From Trichosphaerium sp. ATCC 40318 (lineage: Eukaryota > Protista > Tubulinea): a DNA stretch of 64,000 nucleotides. Both the position numbers and the translations under genes were made by a program. Positions 52,138 to 64,000 of the stretch are shown here, in pieces (the first letter of the stretch is position 1; each line of letters starts with the position of its first letter). Under the pieces are notes generated by a model. The model was not told where the DNA came from and did not search any database. It worked only from the letters and a program-made list of their open reading frames with translations. The DNA lies in the NCBI GenBank assembly GCA_038496445.1, contig JALMLS010000619.1, positions 1-64,000 of the forward strand, written 5' to 3'.

Positions 52138-55100
52138 AATATGACACGTCAAAAGAAATTTGTACATAGAACAAAAAAAGCACCACCACTTACTTGTATG
52201 TACACTTTACGTTAAGTTTGTGCGTATAATGTACATAGTAAAAGATATTATCTTAATACTGTATTTGTTATTTTACGTAGATGTACGCTAACGATAGAAA
52301 ACGTTTCCTTTTAGCAGCCTGGTTTGGCGATATTGTGAAATAGTTGGTTGCAAATTGCCAGTTGGCTCCTTTTTTCTGTTATTTGTTCGTGATTTACAGC
52401 GCTCGACTTTGAAGGCTAAGACCTGAGGTATAGCTAAAGTTCTGTATTTGTTGATGTAGAATACAAACTTGAAAGTTTTTGTTTGCATGTAATAAACGAA
52501 AAAATGGCACCTGTCATGTGACGATACTTGAAGAGTAAAAGGCAAATATTAAAGACAGACGTTAATAAATTTGTGAATGAGGCGTAGGAGGTACTACAAA
52601 AAAGAACATAGACAAACAAACGAAATGAATACAACAGCCAAAATAATACAATCTCAAGTATGAAACAAACTTTATTCCTTTCACAGACAAATGCATTCAA
52701 GTACCACGTTGCACTTGATGTTATTAAGTCAAAATTAAATTTGACACATGTCAAAATGTGTCAACGTTTTCGTCGATGGCATTTTGCGGCGTATGTACAT
52801 TAGTGTGTGAATACCTAGAGTGTTAGGCGTTTTTTTAATCCAATTGGAGAGCTGCAATACCAATAGTAATAAAACAAGGACTACAGTCTGTTATTTCAAA
52901 GAACACTGAGCGCCAGAATGTGACGACTCCAAATGTCTTCAGATTTGATTTCTATCTCGTTACCATTTCTAACCATTTCTAAGTTCACGCACAATTGAGC
53001 ACAATAGGAAAAACCACAGAAGAGTTTAAAGTGTCCACAGACTTTCTAAAAACCAATAGCCTAGACAAGAACTGGCGCACGCAATAGTTCTTTTGATCGT
53101 GGGGCAATTGAAGTCTATCTAGTCGTTGTCTGCTAACAGAGAACTTTAAATGCTATAACATCCAAAGTATGCTACGATACAACTAACGCAATATGTACAT
53201 AACCAGTATGCAGGAATGACTGTCTCAAGGTTAGTTTACTTGCAAACGCACGGAATGTCTCTGCTAGAGTACTTAGTTGTGCTTAGCAACCTTTATTGTA
53301 GTGGCGTCGTAGATAGTTACGCATTCGCTGATAGTTACTACGACATAGCACGCGGCGTAGAAAGATGAATCTGCACAGTACTGAGCAAAGAAAGCACCTA
53401 GTAGTAACATGAAAAGCAACTACTAGTAAAAAAATTGTTCTCAAAAAACTACCGTTAAAGAAAAAGTATGACTTTGCTTCTTGTGGAGGAAAGAACTACG
53501 CTGCAACAACATGGAGTATTGGCTTGAACTCTGTTTGGCCTTTATTGTAGAGGTATCCCATTCGTAGGTGATAAGGGTTTACTGTTACCTCGTGCAGCTC
53601 CGTTGTGGTTTATTCTTTTCTCCATCATACTGCCAAAGCACTAGCGAGCGATCCTTTGAAAATGATCTCCCTCAAACCAAGTTATTATTTTGTGAGCTGT
53701 TTTATTGTGACGTTGCAAACATGCGCGCATACAAGTGTTGAGGTTGCAATTGTGCTAATTGCAAACCATAAAATGGCCGTTTGCCACAAAATTGTGTTTA
53801 CCCAATCGAAAAACGCTGTGATATTCTGTACGAAAGCTTCAGTTAGAGCTCTATCACTTGTTAGTTTCAACACTAGGCGCCTCTCCTCGCGTAAGCCAGT
53901 TTAAACGATGTAAAATCTTCGCTCATGCAGTGTATTGCAAGTGGGAAATAGGAGCGGCTGGCAATTGTCGTACGAAAGCTCTTCCTGAGTAGCACTCAAC
54001 ATAAGTCTATCGTTCGTTTTATGCAGTTCAGTGTAACAATCGTGGTTTCGAACCGAAAAGTGCCAAAAATACGATGAAAGCACTCTCTTAGTGCATATGA
54101 GAGACGTAAAACCTGAGGTAACAGTCAAAAACTGTTGTCCTGTTTAGTTTGGGCTACAAATGCTACAAAACGTTTATATACGCGTAGAAATGCGTATTAG
54201 GGACTCGAGCGGTAACAATGGGCTTAAATCGCAAGACTTACGCACGCCTTCTTTGGAAGGCCGCAGATAGCGAAAAAACAGAGCTACAAAAACGTTTGTG
54301 ATAAGAAGTTCGTTTTAGAGATAGGCGTTTCATCTCATTCCAAAATGTCTATGGCATACAATAATACCTTGCTCTGTTGGTTCTCTTAACGATGCTGGCG
54401 TGCAATACGGTTTAAAATACAAATTGAAAAACTGGTTCTACCGTTTCGCACTAAAACGGTGTGTACGGAATCGACAAAAATAATTCTAGGCTGGAAGTGT
54501 TCATGCTAACAGGACTAAAGTAGATAAATACATCATTAGTTGCATGCGATAAACGCTTGGCGTATGTCAAACAAATTTAAAACTGCTTCTAATATGTTCT
54601 TTATTTTCCGACAGTCTTCATCCGTGTGTGCACTTCTTCTGGTTCATAACTTTAAGTATTCTACTTTACTTCTAACCTACAGGATTTCTCAGAGACGCGT
54701 AATCAACAACAATGCCGCCTATAATATTTGTATAAGTTAGATATTTTGTATCATTTCCAGAAAGAATAAAATTGGGTTGCACGTTATGCAACCGTCATGA
54801 AAAAGAAGTAAAAAATGTTCAATTGTATTGAATAAAATAGCGTAGTACTTATGCATACCTACCACTAACCATAACCTTCTTTTCATCTTTTGTTGTACGT
54901 CAGCACTTGGTGTCTCGCATGTGACACCCGTTGGAAAGAAATTAGTAAGACTTGTAAAATTTTACGAAAAAGCTTGTGTCTCCTTACTTTTTATTATTAT
55001 ATTTCCTTCAACAAGATCTGCAACAACTTGAGGATCACCAGCGATCTCACAACTTTCCAGATGCTAACTTAAACATAGTATTATTCTCAGTCTCCAAATT

Positions 55101-55805
55101 CACTCTAAATGCCAACAAGCACTCTGAAAAAGAGACAAGTGAGCGAGAGGATAGACAAAGAACATTTTGCGTACTGGAAGGTGGTACCTTAAAAATTGAT
55201 AAGTAATCAACTCGCTCGTACCAGTTTGTAAAGTTCAAGATAGCTTTCGTGAGAAACAACAAGCAAAAGAATAAACCAAACTCGTGTTTTCAATCAAGCT
55301 TAAACTTGCATACGGCACAGTTTCTACTTGGCAATAAGTTGGCAGCACTACTACAAACAACATCAAGTGCCACAAGGCAAAGTTAGACCAATCCTCAATC
55401 CCAACAAAAGCTATTGCAAGACGATCTGGGAGGAAAGGAACACACTGTCCCTGACCGATAGCTCTGGCGCAGAGCGAGCGTGTGTGTGGTTTATTTACCT
55501 AACACGCTTGCATGTACATGAAAAAATGAAGAAAACGAAAAAAACAAAATCTTACGGGTGGTAGTGGGTGGGTGATTTCTGCTTGCTATCGAATAAACAG
55601 CCTCAGTTGGTTGCTTGTCTTTGTTGGATCAGTCCAGCTCGTTCAAGCGCCTGAAATGTCTCGCATGTTCAGACAAAAAACAATCACTCGCTTCTAGTGC
55701 TGTTAATGACTCAGTCTTAAAGTTGAGTCGACAAACGCAAAAGCCAAGTAAAGCTGGATTGAACTGAAGCCGTTCCTGAAAAAGCCAGGGAAGCTATTCG
55801 TATCA

Positions 55806-56741
55806 TTTCCAAGTCCTGCCATCTATTACACCAACCTTGTTTGGGAGCCTTGAAAATATAATATGAGTACATCTTTTGTCGATAATCTGGGTCAATTCCA
55901 TATTTATGAATCAACTTAAAAGGTAGGGATCAAAAAAATGACTGAAGCAGCGTGGAATAAGAAGGGAATCTTATCAGCAGTGCAATATTTGCAATTCTTA
56001 TTGCTATTGCCGGATTACCTTTTATCACCATGGAGACGAGGTCACTATTACTAGCCTTTACATTGGTTTGCTATCACGAGTGATGCTGTACCAACATACG
56101 AACAAAGTTGTTACAAAAGTTTTGATTCATTTGGTATATGTACTTCCTTCTGGCTTCAGCTAACTTTGCGAGAGAGCTCTACATCAATGTATTGTGACAT
56201 AAAGGCAATGGAAACGAACATCCCTTACTTGCTCCTTACGCTTACAATGTAACTACCAACGTAAGAAACAATTAACAGGCTTTGCACCGACTGTACTTGG
56301 CGTGTAGCTAGCGTTTAAAAGGCGTAAAGAAATGGTCCGTTTTGCGTCATGTTTTGTTTGATTATCTTTCGCTCTATTTACGCACAATTTCTATTGCGCC
56401 GACCACGCGATCGCATGCATGAAAGCCTGAAGATATAAAAAAAACCCGCAAAAAACACAGCGAGCAAAAATCCATCTCGCCCACGTGATCTTCAAAAAAA
56501 AAACTGAAACTCTGCGTGGCGAGATAGCATAAACTTGCTCAACGAATTCGTTGCGTTGCCGATTCTCGTTATGATAATGTTATTATAACGTTTCATAACG
56601 CAATGTGTTGCCTGGAACGGGTAAAAAAATAGTCCGCAAAAATAACTTCAAAAAGGCTTCCTTTCGAGCGTTATAGCAGATGCGCTCAATTGATTTTTTG
56701 TTCGAAAGTTGTTGAAAAGTCAAAAAAGAACCCGTTTCGCA
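55806..56741. repeat. Direct repeat copy 1 (~0.9 kb); may contain degraded coding fragments on the minus strand
   Basis: Aligns from tttccaagtcctgccatctattacacc to aaaaagaacccgtttcgca with 57777-58599, with many small indels. Confidence 0.9.
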
Positions 56742-57776
56742 CTAAACGCTTCCTTTTTCAATTGCTCCAAGTGCATTCACTCCTTCAATGGCCGGTGAAC
56801 TGTTCGAAAAAATTTTCGACGGCAAGGCTTTAACACTCGTAACGAAACCACATCACACCTGTAGTGTGGTAAAGTCATATCTTATTTTGGTTGGTAAGAT
56901 AAGAACAGGCTACAAACCATGTTTTCCAAAAAAACTGAGTTTTAGCTTTTCTCCTTCGTTGGTACTACAAGCTACTGCAATATTGCATTAACAAGTTGCA
57001 AGCGTTAATGTCAATGTTTATTATTGGTCACACTTTCAATGATTTACATCAAGTCGCCACTTGGAAGCGTGGGCTCTTTACACTTGTGCCTTCGCAAACC
57101 TAGTAATCTCAAATGTAATATAGTATGTACGCAAAGGTACTAACAAGTAATACTGTAATAGCAAGATAATCACGATGATCCTTCATACCAGATAAGTGTG
57201 GTGCGGTGAGGTGCTTTTGTATCAACACTACTGGCAGTATTTTACAAGGTGTTTGTTTGCTGGATCAAAGTTAGAACCTCTACAAAATAGTGTTCTATTG
57301 GCTCAGTTCATGGTTTATTGTGGTTCATACAAGTCTCATATAATTTTCAAAAGCAGCATGAATAGTGATCCGCCACCAAATTCACAGTTGCAGTCAGCAA
57401 ATTCACTTGAGGCGGAGAAGTAGGAATTGTAGGTGTTTCTTGTAGGATTGGCGCTTGTGTAGCATTTCTTCTACTCTATGTGTCACGAATAATACCTCCT
57501 TTGTTGTCATTGCTGGGTTTGCTGTAAAGATGTCAAAAAAGCGCGTTTGGTATGATGTTTTTCTGTTTGCTTACCTGCGATGTAGGTTAGGATCAGACAA
57601 CTCAAGTTTCTGTAAATAGTTTCATTAAGTTCAGTTGGATGCGTGTTAACTTTTCCAAACGGTAACTTCAGCGACTTCTCCCTGTTAAAATGAGTTCAAA
57701 AACAATTAGTAAAAAACACACAGCTTAAAAAAAGTTGTTTGTACAGTAAAGGGTAGTGTAAAAAGAAGCTAGTATC

Positions 57777-58599
57777 TTTCCAAGTCCTGCCATCTATTAC
57801 ACCAATTGTTTGGGAGCCTTGAAAATATAATATGAGTACATCTTTTGTCGATAATCTGAATTCCATATTTAAAATCAACTTATCAGGTAGGGATCAAAAA
57901 AATGACTGAAGCAGCGTGGAATAAGAAGGGAATCTTATCAGCAGTGCAATATTTGCAATTCCTATTGCTATTGCCGGATTACCTTTTATCACCATGGAGA
58001 CGAGGTCTTTATTACTAGTTTACATTGGTTTGCTATCACGAGTGATACCAACATACGAACAAAGTTGTTACAAAAGTTTTGATTCATTTGGTATATGTAC
58101 TTCCTTCTGGCTTCAGCTAACTTGTGCGAGAGAGCTCTACATCAATGTATTGTGACATAAAGGCAATGGAAACGAACCATCTCTTCAAAAGTAGCCCATA
58201 CGCATTAAACGTAAAAGGCGTAAAGAAACGGTTTTGCGTCTTGTGTTTGATTATCTTTCGTCTATTTACGCACAATTTCTATTGCGCCGACCACGCGATC
58301 GCATGCATGAAAGCCTGAAGATTAAAAAAAACCCGCAAAAAACAAGTTTCGCCCACGCACTTCAAAAAAAAAACTGAAACTCTGCGTGGCGAGATACATA
58401 ATTGCTCAACGAATGTTGCGTTGCCGATTCTCGTTATGATAATGTTATTATAACGTTTCATAACGCAATGTGTTGCCTGGAACAAAAAAATAGTCCGCAA
58501 AAATAACTTCAAAAAGGCTTCCTTGAGCGTTATGCAGATGCGCTCAATTGATTTTTTGTTTGAAAGTTGTTGAAAAGTCAAAAAAGAACCCGTTTCGCA
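57777..58599. repeat. Direct repeat copy 2 (~0.8 kb)
   Basis: Near-identical to 55806-56741, lacking an internal block after gaaacgaac. Confidence 0.9.
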
Positions 58600-58606
58600 T
58601 AGTAGA

Positions 58607-58840
58607 TTCCGAATTTTCCGAAAACAAAAATTCGAAAGTGTAGAAAGATGCAGAAAGATGCATACCTAGGGCAGTCCACTTAACTAGAAAGCGCCTGGTT
58701 CACTTACGGTCGGGTCCTCGCTGTGCTCGGAACTAGAACCCGACCTTCGCTCACATATAGTGATCCATTGGTGGGTATAGGCATTCAGTTTTTGTATCGA
58801 ATTCTATTTTTTCGAATTTTTTCTTTCGAAAAATTCGGAA
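58607..58840. mobile_element. MITE-like element with ~40-bp imperfect terminal inverted repeats and an internal GC hairpin
   Basis: Left end ttccgaattttccgaaaacaaaaattcgaaagtgtagaa versus reverse complement of the right end ttccgaatttttcgaaagaaaaaattcgaaaaaatagaa. Internal stem ggtcgggt...acccgacc. Confidence 0.55.
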
Positions 58841-60132
58841 AAAACGTGGGTCCGGTAGAATTGTCGCTTGCAGTTTTGACCGCAACACTTTAAGAGCAAA
58901 TGACACTAAGTGGCTTATCAGCAACAAGCAATTGTAAACAAAGTTTCCACCTTGAGTTGATATTTATTCAAGAAAGATTTTAAGTGCGTTCTTGTGCGGT
59001 ATAAAGGAACTTTTCATACTTTTGTCTGCTGGCTGTAGATACATAGCTACGCAATAAAGTGGTAAAAACTAAAAATCATAGCCATTATTTGCAATCTTAG
59101 AACTATAGAATAGTAAGCGTTACGCAACCGCAAATATTCTGTAACGCTTTGACTCACACTGGAAATTCTAACTAGTTGGAGTTCATCTCAGCTCTTCAAA
59201 TGCCCAAATTATTTCAAAACTATTTCTAGGTTTTATTCCTGTACATACAAGGAGCTTTTAGGGCGTACATGATCATAGCTGTACTGATTGCGTTCGGGAT
59301 GCTGGCAAGGAATGAGACTAAAAACAGTTGTGGCTGAAAACCCACGTGTTAAATTGAAAAATTTATCCTCACGTGCTGTCAACAAGTTTTATCGTTTGCC
59401 CCTTCTTAATGTTTCACGCGTTATTGTACCGAGGAACTAATCCTGAACGAAATAGGAACGTAACTGAGTTTTTGGTGTCGTAAACCACTGCTTTAACCTC
59501 TATATATACTATACGCAACGTAACCACGTACAGCCAGTTTTTTGGCAGTAGTTGTAGTATTAAAAAGGGAACAGCAAAGAAAACGCCAAAAAACTACAAA
59601 CGTCGCATAATTTTAAGCAAACGAACCGTATTTTGTGTTTGCGCGTTGTATTGCGCCATATGTATTATCTCCGTATCTTCTCATCGTACGTGTGGGAGAA
59701 GGCTTTGTATATGAACGGGGAGATATGTTGAACGCAAACAATGTACACGAGTTGGAACACAAACAATTCTATGAACCGTCGGCGAAACTTAAATCCATTT
59801 TACCATACAATCAACACTGGTTACAACGCTTCATGGCAGAGCCAGCCACATAGCATCGAAGAATTAGAATTAAAAGGTATTATTAGAAACGAATCTTAGA
59901 TCTACCTCTCCGTGTTATTAAAAATCTTCAATAGCCGAATTGGCGCAGCTTCAATGCAAATACCAATATTACTACATGTACCTCCCTTGTTTAAAATGCA
60001 CGTTCTCTTATAATAAAAACACTTTCTTTATGATTGCTGAAACAAAGTCTACATACTCTTGAACATAGCAAACGACATCTATTCTATTCAGGTTTGTATT
60101 TACCAACACTTAAGTATCAACCCAATTTGTAG

Positions 60133-63100
60133 CTGGCTAACAATCTCCAATGTTATTGTAATGTTATGCCATACAATCAAGATTGAACATTGAAGCAAAA
60201 ATAAAGAATGGCTATACAGCTTTACTTGGTGCAGGTATGATAGTGTTTAAATATAACATCATCTGTTACTCACATACTCTTTAATTGGTAGCATATAATG
60301 GACATGATAATGTGATAAAAGTATTACTTGAATCAGGAGCCAACATTGAAGCCAAAGAAAAAGATGGAAGTACTGCTTTGATTGATGCAGGTATGATAGT
60401 GCTTAACCATAACAACATCTGTTACTCACATACTCTTTAATTGGTAGCCTTTAATGGACATGATAATGTGATAAAAGTATTACTTGAATCAGGAGCCAAC
60501 ATTGAAGCAAAAGAAAAAGATGGAAGTACTGCTTTGATTAATGCAGGTATGATAGTGCTTAACCATAACAACATCTGTTACTCACATACTCTTTAATTGG
60601 TAGCATATAATGGACATGATAATGTGATAAAAGTATTACTTGAATCAGGAGCCAACATTGAAGCCAAAGAAAAAGATGGAATCACTGCTTTAATTAGCGC
60701 AGGTATGATAGTGTTTAACTATAACAGCATCTGTTACTCACATATACTCTTAATTGGTAGCCTATAATGGACATGATAATGTGATAAAAGTATTACTTGA
60801 ATCAGGAGCCAACATTGAAGCCAAAGAAAAAGATGGAAGTACTGCTTTGATTGATGCAGGTATGATAGTGCTTAACCATAACAACATCTGTTACTCACAT
60901 ACTCTTTAATTGGTAGCATATAAAGGACATGATAATGTGATAAAAGTATTACTTGAATCAGGAGCCAACATTGAAGCCAAAGAAAAAAATGGAATCACTG
61001 CTTTAATTAGCGCAGGTATGATAGTGTTTAACCATAACAACATCTGTTACTCACATACTCTTTAATTGGTAGCATATAATGGACATGATAATGTGATAAA
61101 AGTATTACTTGAATCAGGAGCCAACATTGAAGCCAAACAAAAAGATGGAATCACTGCTTTGATTAATGCAGGTATGATAGTGCTTAACCATAACAACATC
61201 TGTTACTCACATACTCTTAATTGGTAGCCTTTAATGGACACGATAATGTGATAAAAGTATTACTTGAATCAGGAGCCAACATTGAAGCCAAACAAAAAAA
61301 TGGAATCACTGCTTTAATTGGCGCAGGTATGATAGTGTTTAACCATAACAACATCTGTTACTCACATACTCTTAATTGGTAGCCTTTAATGGACACGATA
61401 ATGTGATAAAAGTATTACTTGAATCAGGAGCCAACATTGAAGCCAAAGAAAAAGATGGAAGTACTGCTTTGATTGATGCAGGTATGATAGTGCTTAACCA
61501 TAACAACATCTGTTACTCACATACTCTTTAATTGGTAGCATATAATGGACATGATAATGTGATAAAAGTATTACTTGAATCAGGAGCCAACATTGAAGCC
61601 AAAGAAAAAGATGGAATCACTGCTTTAATTAGCGCAGGTATGATAGTGTTTAACCATAACAGCATCTGTTACTCACATATACTCTTAATTGGTAGCCTTT
61701 AATGGACACGATAATGTGATAAAAGTATTACTTGAATCAGGAGCCAATATTGAAGCCAAACAAAAAAATGGAAGTACTGCTTTGATTGATGCAGGTATGA
61801 TTGTGTTTAACCATAACAGCATCTGTTACTCACATATACTCTTAATTGGTAGCCTTTAATGGACACGATAATGTGATAAAAGTATTACTTGAATCAGGAG
61901 CCAACATTGAAGCCAAACGAGACAATGGAAGTACTGCTTTAATTTGTGCAGGTATTTATACAAATAAACTTGATTTGAAGACATTAAATTCATATTAGCA
62001 AAAAATGGCACAACCCAGTTTTGAAAACATTGTTGAAACAAACTATAGACATTTTATTAATTCCAATTGAATGGAAAGAGCTTTAATCAAAATACTAACA
62101 CAGGTGGTTGCTGATGAGCCTGCGTTCATCAATGTGTTTGAAACTCTTTTGACACTGTTTCCAAATGATCAACAAAGTTGTGAACTATGGTTATCATGTG
62201 CTCATATGAAAGAGATACCTCACTGGCGACTCAATCTTGCAAAATGGTTGCAATACTTGGTATGTCTTCCTTTTGTACCAACTATTAAGTACTAATCACA
62301 CAAAGCCAACACGTCCATATTTTAAAGTTGCAATGCAAAAAGGCATTTGTCATTTGATTTGTACATATAATCGCACATTTGTACAATCTTCGGTATGAAC
62401 ACATAATACAAGTATGTGTAATATAATAACTTATTTTGGTTCATTAGAGCTTTTGGTTACAGCAAGGAGAGCTGATGGAAGGAATTCTATCCGACTTACC
62501 AGATGATATGTGGAGTAATACTAAACACACTGGGTCTGTTATTGAAATGTGTATAAAAGAAGGATGGTGTACAAATTCTCTTCAAAAAGTACCCAAGCAA
62601 GATAGTATGTGTTTAGTGGTATTTCTTTTATTAACATTGTACAGCGTTTGCTTGCTATGAGTGTTCTCAATATGGATTGTATTTGTGCAGTTATTGTGCA
62701 ACTCAACATAATCAAAACCACGTAATTGTTTTGTAGTTATTTTGCTAACAGTTTGAGTAGAAGCTCTCTAAGCACATTGGTAGTTTCAAAAAATGTGAAT
62801 GCAAGGATTGCAAACACGTTATTAATCCCATATCTCCAAATCAAAGAGTTGAAAACCCTACAGCAGGTAAAAAAGCACTGTTAGTCCAACCACACTAAAA
62901 CTTGAAGGGTTAAAAAGTGAGACGTCATGGGACTTAAATCCAAGATTACATTATGCCCACACCTGGGATAGATCCAACAGCAAGTGAGTAGTTACTCATT
63001 ATTAACTCATGTTTAACTGGTTTTTGTCAAACAAAAAAGGGGCACAATTGAAAAAGCAACGCACTTCAGAACACTGAATCTTCTTGATTCAAATAAAAAT

Positions 63101-64000
63101 GATATTGTAGCCAAGAGAGAACTACAGTTTCTTTACCAACAAATGTCAACAATGCACGGCTATGATAAATATGATGTTGTAGAAGCTCATCTTGTTTGCA
63201 ATGACATGCTGACTCGAAACTTTGGCATGTACAATACAGTACTTAAACACAGACATCAGTATGTTTACATGTTAATAGACTACAAATAATCTTAGCTGTT
63301 ATTTAGGGAACTCCGTTGGTTGTTTTGTAAAAATGATTGGAAACAGGGAATCAGCAAAAGGCACAAAGAAAATAAGATAAAGGTTGCAGATTGTTATTCA
63401 AAACTTGCTGGTGAAAATACCCCACATTCAAACAATAATTCAGAGCAGGTAGTTTGCCTCTTAAATATAATAATACCTAACCAAAAATCAGCTACCAGTT
63501 GTATTAATGGTTCATGGAACAACTCGTGAAGCCGCTTGGAGTATTGTAAAGGCTGGATTTGGAGTATTAAGTTCGTTGGATGCTGGATACTACGGTCAAG
63601 GAATCTATTTTACAGTATGGTTAAAAAGTCACCATTGCCAATCTGACTTGTTTTTTGAAATAGCACAGCATTGAGTATGCCTGTTCATACGATAAATCTG
63701 CTAAAGACAAGAAGACACTTGTGCTTAGTTTGGTTACGCCTGGGAATGTATATCCTGTACACAACTGCAACCAATCACATTACTGGTTTGTTTACTTACA
63801 AAGCATTGATAGGTTACAGAAAACCCTAAAGATGAAGATAACCTTGTTGGTAAACCAATTAAAGCTGGATATCAAAGTCACTATGTATTGGTAAACAGCA
63901 AAGGACAAGTGTTGGAGCAAGATAAAATAGATAAAGCAGTGTATGATGAGCTAGTTGTAGCTCAAGGTAGTGATTACAATTGATGTACTTTGTTGACTAA
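60133..64000 (+). CDS. Ankyrin-array, helical domain, UBR-type zinc finger, PARP-family ADP-ribosyltransferase; 3' end beyond window; frame breaks flank the array
   Basis: 11 intact ankyrin exons. Zinc finger CTNSLQ..FACYECSQYGLYLCSYCATQHNQNH..KKCECKDC. PARP motifs LMVHGT, DAGYYGQGIYFT..EYACSY, LSLVTPGNVYP, YDELVV. Stops and frameshifts occur at ~60133-60190 and ~62008-62070; the true start was not found. Confidence 0.8.
60235..61951 (+). repeat. Tandem array of 11 intron+exon units (period 155-157 bp; 99-nt ankyrin exon plus 56-58-nt intron)
   Basis: Exons start at 60292, 60448, 60604, 60761, 60917, 61073, 61228, 61383, 61539, 61696 and 61853. Each is preceded by a near-identical intron gtatga..ttactcac..taattggtag. 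Confidence 0.97.

Noticed and set aside
52288-55600. Several 60-106 aa ORFs after WDHD1
   Set aside because: No motifs and frequent stops in all frames. At most degraded relics; no transposase or reverse transcriptase signature seen.
60235-61951. CRISPR-like repeat-spacer array
   Set aside because: There are no unique spacers. Whole units are near-identical and resolve into GT-AG introns plus in-frame ankyrin exons, in a eukaryotic context with no cas genes.
1-64000. tRNA, rRNA or spliceosomal snRNA genes
   Set aside because: No cloverleaf with a T-loop GTTCRA context or conserved rRNA/snRNA signature was recognised by eye. A covariance search is needed to exclude them fully.

Overview
AT-rich, intron-dense eukaryotic (protist-like) nuclear DNA. 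Introns are short (about 40-130 nt, mostly GT-AG, a few GC-AG) and the standard code fits. Most ORF-track entries are exon fragments or antisense shadows, so all gene models here were spliced by eye and boundaries are approximate. Housekeeping genes recognised: a C2/coiled-coil protein, a PIP5K-family kinase, a CYP4-clan P450, an F-box/SPRY protein, Pet127, an ankyrin-TKL kinase, an Arf GTPase and WDHD1/Ctf4. Between them lie several candidate immunity or conflict genes. (1) A tandem pair with an apparently undescribed architecture: MLKL-like four-helix bundle, two receiver-like domains and a C2 domain. (2) An inverted pair of secreted 8-Cys peptides whose mature region diverges while signal peptide, intron and UTRs stay nearly identical. 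(3) A Crinkler/STAND-like P-loop NTPase. (4) An ankyrin-array / UBR-type zinc finger / PARP gene in which each ankyrin repeat is its own 99-nt symmetric exon and amino-acid variation is confined to the ligand-binding positions. The window also holds a secreted metalloprotease-DNRLRE-GDPH chimera, MITE-like foldbacks, a telomere-like palindromic patch and a ~0.9 kb direct duplication. All domain calls come from motif recognition, not database searches.
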